From Rhodospirillales bacterium (GTDB lineage Bacteria; Pseudomonadota; Alphaproteobacteria; Rhodospirillales; UBA2165): DNA of 59,179 nucleotides. The translations under genes and the position numbers were made by a program. This document shows, one piece after another, positions 8,555 to 17,072 of the stretch. A model generated the notes under the pieces. It worked only from the letters and a program-made list of their open reading frames with translations. It did no database searches and was not told the DNA's origin. Where the stretch lies: contig JABMOP010000605.1 in NCBI GenBank assembly GCA_013204125.1, positions 1 through 59,179 of the forward strand, written 5' to 3'. Each line of letters opens with the position of its first letter. Positions within the stretch are counted from its first letter, which is position 1.

Positions 8555-10018
8555 TTGCTGGCAGCGATCATTATGGAAGAAGGACATCTGGTCCAAGTCT
8601 ACGATGCCAACGCATGGCGCAAGGGGGACGATACCCTGCGTGAGGTTTTGCTAGCCGATAACTGGGAGGTTATCGCACTGGGCGGAATAACTACGGCTTA
8701 CGGTTCGATAAAGCATATCGTATCAATTGCCGGCGATATTTGCCCCGAAGCTACACTGGTGCTTGGTGGCGGCGTCCTGACTTCGCTGCCGCGTGAGATT
8801 ATGACCTGGTTGCCACATATCGACGTTGGCGTTATCGGTGAAGGATTTATAACTTTTCCCGAAATTCTTCAGAAAGTCGACGATGGCGACGCCGATTGGG
8901 CGAATGTTCCGGGTACAATTTCCCGGAGGGCAGATGGCAAATTGGTGATATCGCAGCAGCGCCAACTGTTGGATGATCTTGACTCTTTACCCTATCCAGC
9001 TTGGGACCTATTTCCCTTGGAGGAAGTCTATTTCCCAAATAGCGCCTCGTTGTATTCCGAAGAAGGTATGCTATCGACGCGGCGGCTCGATATCAATTCA
9101 TCGTATGGATGTTCGATGGTCTGCCGTTATTGTTTCCATCTCGGCATATCCGGTGACATGAAATACGTAGAGAATGCAGATGGCGATTTCAACGTCACCT
9201 TTGACCAAGCAAATGATTACACCAGAACAATCCGCTACCATAGCCCCGAATACATTGTAAATCTGGTGCACCATGCTCGTGAAAAATATGGCGTCGATTT
9301 TATTGGTTTTCTCGACGAAAATTTGATGACTATGGACAAATTTTCGAACCGAACATGGATGAAAGAAATTTGCCGTCTTTGGCACGAACATGACCTCGCG
9401 CCTAAAAAACTTGCTGATGGCACTTGGAGCGGCGTCTATTGGGGTGGCACGAGTCACGCATCGCTATGCACACCGGAAATATTAAAAATTATGGGCGAGG
9501 CAGGCTGCTCTCATCTTGTCTATGGCTACGAATCCTTTGCCCAACACGTTCTAAAGACAGTCGGAAAAGGGGCAACCCGGAAACACAATATTCAGAGTTT
9601 TTTCTGGACCCTGGAGGCAAACATTCGCCCGATCCCCAATCTTATCATTGGGTTTCCGATCGAGGATTTCGATTCAATTCGCGAGAACGTGTTGGCTTGG
9701 GAGGAACTGGGAATTATTGTAAAGCCACATTTCGCAACGCCCTATCCAGGTTCGGAATGGTTCGCAACCTACCGCAAGGAGATAGAGGAGCAGTACGGTG
9801 GCGACCTCGAATCATTCCTTCTTGACGTTGGCGACGCCAGTGCAATTTCGGCAGTTATCTCGCATAATTTCAACGCCGTTGAATTGGTCGTCCTACGCGA
9901 CATGATGCTGTCGAAAAATATCAAACGAATTGACGAATATGAACAAATTTGGCGGAAAAACCATGGACTTCCAGAAGATGCGCCGTCGACGATATTCCAA
10001 AAGCCGTTAAAAAATTGA
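8555..10018 (+). CDS. B12-binding-domain radical SAM protein (class B-like)
   Basis: CX3CX2C cluster motif SSYGCSMVCRYCFH. N-terminal Rossmann-like B12-binding region. The conserved N-terminus continues in frame upstream to 8471, which lacks a canonical start codon (see findings). 8555 is a TTG and the first ATG is at 8573. Confidence 0.8.
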   Translation: MLAAIIMEEGHLVQVYDANAWRKGDDTLREVLLADNWEVIALGGITTAYGSIKHIVSIAGDICPEATLVLGGGVLTSLPREIMTWLPHIDVGVIGEGFITFPEILQKVDDGDADWANVPGTISRRADGKLVISQQRQLLDDLDSLPYPAWDLFPLEEVYFPNSASLYSEEGMLSTRRLDINSSYGCSMVCRYCFHLGISGDMKYVENADGDFNVTFDQANDYTRTIRYHSPEYIVNLVHHAREKYGVDFIGFLDENLMTMDKFSNRTWMKEICRLWHEHDLAPKKLADGTWSGVYWGGTSHASLCTPEILKIMGEAGCSHLVYGYESFAQHVLKTVGKGATRKHNIQSFFWTLEANIRPIPNLIIGFPIEDFDSIRENVLAWEELGIIVKPHFATPYPGSEWFATYRKEIEEQYGGDLESFLLDVGDASAISAVISHNFNAVELVVLRDMMLSKNIKRIDEYEQIWRKNHGLPEDAPSTIFQKPLKN

Positions 10019-10134
10019 ATATCCCGTATTGCCTGAACCACTCTGAAACTACGTCAATTACTCGTCAAACATCACATCGAGCAGCTTCGCGGATCAGCTC
10101 AATAATTGGTGCGGGCGGGGTTCGGTTTGGCTCT

Positions 10135-11220
10135 TCATTTTTCAAGCCCTGATTTTGGAAGTTTAAAAATTTTGTCGATACAAGTGGGTCGCGGGTGCAA
10201 TCCATCAAAGAATTCAGCGGGTCCACACCCGGAGCGGCTAGCATCGAAACTGCCGACAACGGAGACACCCAATTTTGATGCGATGTGACGGATTTTAGCT
10301 TCTGCCTCTTCGACCAAATTCCAATCCTTATTTCCTTTGTAGCGCTCGGTCACGATCGGGTGGTAGGGAGGAAGAAAAATTCGGACCGTAATACCCCTAT
10401 CTAGCATATAGCTGAGAAACTGCTGAAATTTTGATACTTGAGAATTGTTTATTTCTTGATAACCATCGAATCCGTGCATCCGGCCACGACGCATAGTTCC
10501 CAACGACACCTCTCGGGCAACCTCATCCGGTGACCGGTTCCGCCATGTTTCAGGATAGATCAGAGACATATCGGGCCTACGCACAGCGCACTTCGTGTCC
10601 GCATTTTCGGCGGCTTGAATTTCTTTACAACCATCGTCATTTGAACTTTGAATCGATGCAAAAAACCGCCGCAGGGAAAATACATCGGAGTAAGCCCAAC
10701 CGCCGGAGTCTCCAGCCTCCAAGATCGGTACATTAATTTTCCGGCTGAACTTTATAAGGTCTTTGTAATATGGCCGAAAACTTTGATCCCATTTATGGAT
10801 TTTGAAAATCCATGGATCCAGTCCCAGCAAAACGGTCTTCGGATAAATGCCACGTTGGTCATAAAGGGCAAACAGACCCATATACGTTTCGAGAATTGCC
10901 GTATCAACAGCATGGTTAAGCACTCGACCGCTACCTGACAGATGCCTTTTTGCAACCTGCATAGAGCGACTAGAGCCGAAAATAATGCTTTCTGGTGCGA
11001 CATCTAGGCGCCGAATGAGATATGCTTGTACCGCCGGAATATTAAATTCCCAGCTGCCCTGCACATATTTTCCTCCCTCGATGATTTTGGCGATGCGCAA
11101 TTCAACGCCAAAGTCCTCGCGGAAATATTTTCCCAAATTGACCGTGACATTGACTGTGCCAACCAGCCCTAGTGCTGTAAAAAAGACGACAACGAAAGCA
11201 ATCAGGTTGGGCATAATCAA
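10135..11220 (-). CDS. membrane-anchored DltD/SGNH-like acyl-transfer accessory protein (MBOAT partner)
   Basis: N-terminal TM anchor LIAFVVVFFTALGLVG, Ser block IIFGSSRS, C-terminal FFDGLHP (D-x-x-H-like). 4-nt overlap with the upstream MBOAT gene. Confidence 0.5.
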   Translation of the reverse strand: MIMPNLIAFVVVFFTALGLVGTVNVTVNLGKYFREDFGVELRIAKIIEGGKYVQGSWEFNIPAVQAYLIRRLDVAPESIIFGSSRSMQVAKRHLSGSGRVLNHAVDTAILETYMGLFALYDQRGIYPKTVLLGLDPWIFKIHKWDQSFRPYYKDLIKFSRKINVPILEAGDSGGWAYSDVFSLRRFFASIQSSNDDGCKEIQAAENADTKCAVRRPDMSLIYPETWRNRSPDEVAREVSLGTMRRGRMHGFDGYQEINNSQVSKFQQFLSYMLDRGITVRIFLPPYHPIVTERYKGNKDWNLVEEAEAKIRHIASKLGVSVVGSFDASRSGCGPAEFFDGLHPRPTCIDKIFKLPKSGLEK

Positions 11221-12713
11221 AAATTAAAATAGAGAAATTCGGAAGACTTCGAAAGATATCCGACCGAAATGGCGGCCCCCAGTCCGATGGCAGCGCCCCA
11301 ACTCCTATTATTGGTCCAGGTCAGAATATTCTCCGGACGGCTCTGATTGGATTCAGTTACCCAATCCTGTGAATTGGGGAAAAATAAGGTAATTGCCAAA
11401 CATCCTAAAATCCATAGGGCACCAATAAGGCTAAACCTCGTTATTGGCACAAAATTTACGCCGAGCGCGGACACCAAAGGCCCCAAAGAACCCAGATAAC
11501 TCTGGTGGTTAAGGCCCAATTCCATTCCATTGACCCCGGTCATGCCTTTAAGAATGGCAAAGGCAGCATCCAAACTCTCTGCCCGAAAAAATACCCAGCC
11601 GACGACGACCGCAATAAATGTTAGTAACCAAGCCAAGGCCCTGCCCGGCCGTGAGGTTGCACCGCCACCAGTCCAATTCTTCCAAACACGGTTGACCAAT
11701 AGGTAAATCCCATGAAGGGCACCCCATATGACAAAATTCCAAGCGGCGCCATGCCACAGGCCACCCAGCAACATTACGATGAGCAAGTTACGCATTTGGA
11801 ATATTGAACCATAACGATTTCCGCCCAACGGAAAATAGAGATAGTCGCGCAGAAATCTGGATAACGTCATGTGCCAACGGCGCCAAAAGTCGGTTATATC
11901 ACGGGCTTTATAAGGCGAATTAAAATTAATCGGCAGACGAATGCCAAAGATACGCCCAGCCCCCAAGGCCATGTCACAATAACCTGAAAAATCAAAATAT
12001 AATTGGAATGTATAGGCCAGAGCGCCGCTCCAAGCTTCGAAGAACGTGATCGTAACAGTAGGGTCCATCGCGGCGGAAAATATTTCGGTACTGAAGGGAG
12101 AAATATTGTCGGCAATCAAGACTTTCTTGGAGAGACCAATAGTAAATAGCGCCAACCCCTCGGCCACTCCCCGGTAATCTATATCGATCCACGGCTTTCT
12201 TAGCTGCGGTAATATTTCAGCTTGATGAACGATGGGGCCGGCGATGAGTTGCGGAAAGAATGTAACAAAAAGCACATACTCAACGGCGTTATGAGGCACC
12301 GTCAGCCGACGATAAGAATCAACCAAATAAGCAATCTGTTGGAAAGTAAAAAATGAAATTGCCAAAGGTAAAATGATGTTTTGCGCCGGTATAGAAAATT
12401 CGGCGACGTCGTTGAACACGTCAATCATAAAATTGGTGTATTTGAAATACCCCAGCAACGCCAAATTGAATATAATTCCGAGCCATAAAATCCAACGTGA
12501 CGGGGTTTGGGAAAGACGTTTACCACAAAGGAAATTCACGCTCACAGATAGGAGAATCACCCACAGGAAAATTGGGTTCCACCACCCGTAAAAAAATATT
12601 GAAGCCCCAACCAGCCACAAAGATTCCGCTAGCCACCAGCGCCGAAATACAACATAGCCGCCGATCACAATAGGGAGAAACACAAATATGAATTCGTAAG
12701 AATTAAAAAGCAT
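11217..12713 (-). CDS. MBOAT-family membrane-bound O-acyltransferase (AlgI/DltB-like)
   Basis: FWRRWHMTLSRFLRDYLYFPLGGNR and GGLWHGAAWNFVIWGALHG, with the conserved His. Polytopic, 498 aa. Confidence 0.9.
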   Translation of the reverse strand: MLFNSYEFIFVFLPIVIGGYVVFRRWWLAESLWLVGASIFFYGWWNPIFLWVILLSVSVNFLCGKRLSQTPSRWILWLGIIFNLALLGYFKYTNFMIDVFNDVAEFSIPAQNIILPLAISFFTFQQIAYLVDSYRRLTVPHNAVEYVLFVTFFPQLIAGPIVHQAEILPQLRKPWIDIDYRGVAEGLALFTIGLSKKVLIADNISPFSTEIFSAAMDPTVTITFFEAWSGALAYTFQLYFDFSGYCDMALGAGRIFGIRLPINFNSPYKARDITDFWRRWHMTLSRFLRDYLYFPLGGNRYGSIFQMRNLLIVMLLGGLWHGAAWNFVIWGALHGIYLLVNRVWKNWTGGGATSRPGRALAWLLTFIAVVVGWVFFRAESLDAAFAILKGMTGVNGMELGLNHQSYLGSLGPLVSALGVNFVPITRFSLIGALWILGCLAITLFFPNSQDWVTESNQSRPENILTWTNNRSWGAAIGLGAAISVGYLSKSSEFLYFNF

Positions 12714-12758
12714 CAGACCAATTATCCGGCAGACTGCATGCCGTCGCCGTGTTTGGTT

Positions 12759-14576
12759 TTATCTCTCGAAGTTGGGTGTGTTGTTTTCAGTATATGCAGC
12801 CAACCTCCGAAATAACGGGCTCGTCTCAAGAAGTTCATTAAACGTACCAGTTGCCTCCAAACGACCTTCATTCAATAAGACGAGGCGGTCGCAATTTCGG
12901 ACCGTACTAAGACGATGGGCGATAATAATCAACGTCTTTTGGCCGCGAAGCATATTTATGGATTCCATAATGATATTTTCTGTTTCAGTATCAAGCGCCG
13001 AAGTCGCTTCATCTAGAACCAAAATGCTGGGGTTGTTATAAAGTGCCCGCGCGATGCCAATGCGCTGACGCTGTCCACCAGATAAGCGAACACCGTTCTC
13101 GCCCAATACAGTGTCGGCCCCTTTTGGCAAACTCTCTACGAAATCTCCCAAAGCCGCCATTTTTAAAGCTCGTTTTACTTGGTCTTCATCGATGTCCCGG
13201 TCAACCAACCCAAGCGCCACATTATTTCGAATGGTATCGTCAAAAAGATATATGTGTTGTGGAACATATCCGAGGTTCTTCTGCCAGGCGCGAATATTGT
13301 TATTCACATCGCTGCCATTAACGAGAAGGCGGCCTCCTGAAGGCAACAATAGGCCGAGCAGAACATCAACGAGTGTTGTCTTACCAGCGCCGGAAAGCCC
13401 GACGAGAGCGGTCGATTCTCCTGACTGGATTGATAAAGAAATATCGTTGAGAACGGAGGCGTCGCCGCCGGGATATTCGTAGTCAACATGTTGAAATTCT
13501 ATAGCAAAATTTTCGGTGCTAAGTTTGTCGTCGCCGACGATGGCGCTAAGGGGGGACGGCTTGGATTCGAGAAAATCATAATAAATTTCGCTGATCGCCG
13601 CGGCACCTACTTTGATACTGGCCAAACTGCTGGCAATGCGGTTGAGAGAAGGAAGCAAGCGAAAGGCGGCGATGCCAAATATACCAATCTTCGGCAGTAC
13701 ATCTGTGAGGTCCTTCGAAGACCTGAGCAACATCACCATCACTAAAATAAGGACAGCAACGGCAACGATTTCGATAATCGGCCGCGGTGAATAAGTCACA
13801 ACATTCGCGAAATTTTTATATCTAGCCTGTTTTTTGCGGTGATATGCAAAGGCATCCGCGAAATATTTTTCGCGCGCCAGTATCTTGGTTTCCTTAATGG
13901 CGCCAAGCCCTTGGCTTACCCAAAGGTTCACATACGCTCCGTGGTAATGGATCCGGCCTCCAATCCTTTCAATGTGCTTACGCAAAGTAAAATAATAAAT
14001 CGTCAGCGTTAATCCCAACGCAAAACTAGCAACAATGGCTTCTACTGGACTGACAATTGTGATGGCTGTAAGAACACCCAAGCTGACACATGATTCCATA
14101 ATCAAATTCAGAAATGGTAACAAGCCAGCCTGAAATACATTGGCTGTTGCAATCGTCACATTGTGCATGAGTTTGGCCGAATTTCGAAGCAAGTGGAATG
14201 GATATGGCCGAGATAGGTAGGCCCCAAACAAGCGTGTGCAAAATTCAGCCTCTTCATTGAAAATGAACCGCCCCTGGAGAAATTGGAAGCCTAGCAAAGC
14301 AATATTCTTGACGGCGAAAAATACGATGATGACGGCGCCAAATATGACCGCAAATTCCAATGGCTTTGATTGGCCGTAAGTGCGATAAAATTCTCCGATA
14401 ACCGGCATAGACATTATTTTATCTGGCGAGACGAGGAGTTGTAGAATCGGCAGAAACAACCCGATGCCGATCAATTCCAGCAAGGCGGTGCCAATCATCA
14501 TGACAAAAAGCCCACCCATCTTGAATTTCGCTCGCCTGTCGAATAACGAGAATAATTGGTGAATTTGTTTGATCAA
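12759..14576 (-). CDS. ABC exporter, fused permease + ATPase half-transporter (MsbA/PglK-like)
   Basis: Six-helix N-terminal TMD. Walker A GLSGAGKTT, signature LSGGQRQR, Walker B ILVLDEATSALD. Confidence 0.9.
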   Translation of the reverse strand: MIKQIHQLFSLFDRRAKFKMGGLFVMMIGTALLELIGIGLFLPILQLLVSPDKIMSMPVIGEFYRTYGQSKPLEFAVIFGAVIIVFFAVKNIALLGFQFLQGRFIFNEEAEFCTRLFGAYLSRPYPFHLLRNSAKLMHNVTIATANVFQAGLLPFLNLIMESCVSLGVLTAITIVSPVEAIVASFALGLTLTIYYFTLRKHIERIGGRIHYHGAYVNLWVSQGLGAIKETKILAREKYFADAFAYHRKKQARYKNFANVVTYSPRPIIEIVAVAVLILVMVMLLRSSKDLTDVLPKIGIFGIAAFRLLPSLNRIASSLASIKVGAAAISEIYYDFLESKPSPLSAIVGDDKLSTENFAIEFQHVDYEYPGGDASVLNDISLSIQSGESTALVGLSGAGKTTLVDVLLGLLLPSGGRLLVNGSDVNNNIRAWQKNLGYVPQHIYLFDDTIRNNVALGLVDRDIDEDQVKRALKMAALGDFVESLPKGADTVLGENGVRLSGGQRQRIGIARALYNNPSILVLDEATSALDTETENIIMESINMLRGQKTLIIIAHRLSTVRNCDRLVLLNEGRLEATGTFNELLETSPLFRRLAAYTENNTPNFER

Positions 14577-14592
14577 TAAATATTATCCAAAA

Positions 14593-15231
14593 TTATTGAG
14601 ATATAAATTCCGTGAAAATTTGACGTCCGACCGAAGCACTCATTTCGGGATGAAATTGGAAACCAAATAAATTCTCATGGTGAATAGCCGCACAGACAGT
14701 GTGGCCATGATAGTCAATTTCAGCCAGCCTATTAGCGGGATTGTCTGGTACGGCGGCGTAGGAATGGACGAAATAAACTTGCTCCCCTTCCTTAGTTTTT
14801 GAAAGCGGCGTTTCATTCCAACCAACGCCTGCTGACATTCTTAAGGGCATCCACCCGACCAAAGGGATTCTGTGTGGTTGGCCATCAACGGTGGTGCTGG
14901 GAATAAGACATACCTTACCTGGTATTAAATCGAGACCCTCGCTCACTCCAAACTCTTCACTTTTACTCAACATAAATTGCATACCTAGACATATGCCCAT
15001 AAACGGTCGGCCTCTATTGGTAAACTTGTGAATGGCTTCGGACAGGCCGTTGGCGTTAAGAACCTGCATACCGTGGGAGAAGGCGCCAACGCCCGGTAAT
15101 ATAAGAAAATCCGCCGTGGAAATTTCACCGGCAGTGGTAGCAACAACCGCATCACCGCCGGCATTTCTAACAGCACGGACAACCTTGAGAAGGTTACCAA
15201 TACCACAATCCACGATGGTTATTTTCGCCAT
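14593..15231 (-). CDS. hisH: imidazole-glycerol-phosphate-synthase-type glutaminase subunit (HisH paralog, WbuY-like)
   Basis: ILPGVGAF, nucleophile GICLGMQ, HSY, QFHPE. 212 aa. Confidence 0.9.
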   Translation of the reverse strand: MAKITIVDCGIGNLLKVVRAVRNAGGDAVVATTAGEISTADFLILPGVGAFSHGMQVLNANGLSEAIHKFTNRGRPFMGICLGMQFMLSKSEEFGVSEGLDLIPGKVCLIPSTTVDGQPHRIPLVGWMPLRMSAGVGWNETPLSKTKEGEQVYFVHSYAAVPDNPANRLAEIDYHGHTVCAAIHHENLFGFQFHPEMSASVGRQIFTEFISQ

Positions 15232-15977
15232 TAAATTCGGCGCACCGGTAATTTGGCGTCAAGGGCCGCGTTTCTAATATCGGAGACGGTGGAGCGGTTG
15301 GCATGTAGGACATCGGCCATGGCCGCTGCATTAACATTTCCACCTTCATACAACTCGGACAGGTGCTCAAACACTCCCATACCTCCACAAGCAATCAGAG
15401 GAACATCGACATATTCCGTTATCGCCGCGTAAAGAGGAATCTCATAACCATTTCGGGTACCTTCCCGATCTATGGACGTAACCAATATTTCGCCGGCGCC
15501 GAGTTCCTGCCCTCGCTTTACCCAGTCAATCACATCTACGCCTGAACGCTCGCGACCATTATCCGTATAACATTCCCACTTCCCAGCGCCGATATTTTTT
15601 GCCTCGATTGATAAAACAACGCATTGAGAGCCAAACGCATTAGCAATTTCGGAGATAAGTTCCGGACGATTAATAGCCGCTGTATTCAAGGCAATCTTGT
15701 CCGCCCCGGCAAGAAGAAGATCCCGCACATCATCCACCGAGCGGACGCCACCGCCAACGGTAAGGGGGACAAATATATTTTCAGCCGTATAGCTGACAAT
15801 TTCTTTTAAGTTGTTACGGCCATAAAGACTGGCGACAATATCCATATAGATAAGCTCATCTACACCATCTTCGAAATATTCTCGAGCTCGTTCTTGAGGA
15901 TCACCGACCACCCTCAGCCCTTCCAAATGCACCGTGTTAATCAGGTTCTGGCCTTTAATATCAAGGCGGGCTATCAA
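15231..15977 (-). CDS. hisF: HisF-like cyclase/synthase subunit (WbuZ-like)
   Basis: IARLDIKG, GVDELIYMDI, PLTVGGGVRS, GADKIALNTAA, IACGGMG. TTG start, 1-nt overlap with hisH. Confidence 0.85.
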   Translation of the reverse strand: MIARLDIKGQNLINTVHLEGLRVVGDPQERAREYFEDGVDELIYMDIVASLYGRNNLKEIVSYTAENIFVPLTVGGGVRSVDDVRDLLLAGADKIALNTAAINRPELISEIANAFGSQCVVLSIEAKNIGAGKWECYTDNGRERSGVDVIDWVKRGQELGAGEILVTSIDREGTRNGYEIPLYAAITEYVDVPLIACGGMGVFEHLSELYEGGNVNAAAMADVLHANRSTVSDIRNAALDAKLPVRRI

Positions 15978-16023
15978 GCGGAGATTAGATATTTTATGCT
16001 TACTAATTAAAAAATCCCCGCCA

Positions 16024-17058
16024 CTATTCTATCATTTCTAATGTGATTTTTGTGCCGGCGATAATATCGCGGCAAGCACATTTCTCCAGCAGTTCGCCAA
16101 TGCGAGACGGTGTCATACCGTCACCTGGTCGTTGAGCTACGATCAAATCCTCCGTCAGAACGGTTCCCTTTGCGATATCCACCTTTGCTGTCAGACTTTT
16201 TCGAGCCCACAAAATTGATTCCTGCTCAGCCATTGACAAAATCTTTTTGCCCCCAACAACCGCGGCTTCAACATCCCGGAGATCAGAAATAAATGACGAT
16301 AAATTTGTAGGATCACAACTTACCTTCCAGTCTTGCGCATTTGGAACGTCACGGTCGATGGTAATGTGCTTCTCAAGAACATCCGCGCCGAGAGCAACCG
16401 CCGCCAAGGGTACCGCGGTTCCCGCAGTGTGATCGGAATATCCGACAGGTCCGGGGAAGAACTCCCTGATCTGGCCCATGACAGATAGGTTCACATCGGC
16501 AGGTTCGGTCGGATAACTAGTGACGCAATGTAGGATCGCCAATTGGCGGCAACCTTCGTCAGCTATGACTTCGGCGGCAGCATATATATCGGTCAACTCA
16601 TAGAGCCCTGTGGACAGAATAATAGGTTTGCCAAGACGAGCGATTTTGCGCAACCAGGGAAGATTCCCAACTTCACCGGATCCAATCTTAAAGGCCGGCA
16701 CGTCAATTTCCTGGTCGAGGAATTCCACAGATTCTTCGTCATGGCCTGTACATATGAAAGTGATGCTCCGCTCGCCGCAGTACTTATAAATTGACTTAAT
16801 TTGATCGTTTGAAAGTTCTTTCGAGCGCAACCTTTCACGCCACTCAGGGGCGCTTGGGCCAAAAAGTTTATCGGTTTGAAAATGCTGGAACTTAACAAAA
16901 TCGGCACCCGCTTCGACCGCCAAATCGACCAAAGCGAAAGCCTTGTCCATGCTGCCGAAATGATTGACGCCGGCCTCGGCGATAACCAAGCAAGGCGCAC
17001 CCGGGCCGATGGTTCGGTCCGATATCCTAAACTCCGATTGAAAGTTGTTGATGGCCAT
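16024..17058 (-). CDS. neuB: NeuB-family nonulosonic acid synthase (copy 1)
   Basis: CLVIAEAGVNHFGS, GADFVKFQ, GYSDHT, C-terminal SAF-type domain. ATG 17058 is preferred over the ORF-track start at 17112, which would overlap sqdB by 40 nt. Confidence 0.85.
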   Translation of the reverse strand: MAINNFQSEFRISDRTIGPGAPCLVIAEAGVNHFGSMDKAFALVDLAVEAGADFVKFQHFQTDKLFGPSAPEWRERLRSKELSNDQIKSIYKYCGERSITFICTGHDEESVEFLDQEIDVPAFKIGSGEVGNLPWLRKIARLGKPIILSTGLYELTDIYAAAEVIADEGCRQLAILHCVTSYPTEPADVNLSVMGQIREFFPGPVGYSDHTAGTAVPLAAVALGADVLEKHITIDRDVPNAQDWKVSCDPTNLSSFISDLRDVEAAVVGGKKILSMAEQESILWARKSLTAKVDIAKGTVLTEDLIVAQRPGDGMTPSRIGELLEKCACRDIIAGTKITLEMIE

Positions 17059-17072
17059 TGATTGGAACCCGA

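Noticed and set aside
14593-15977. Reading hisH/hisF as housekeeping histidine-biosynthesis genes.
   Set aside because: No other his genes are adjacent, and they are coupled to a PP-loop sugar amidotransferase and neuB. This matches the wbuXYZ-type arrangement of glycan loci.
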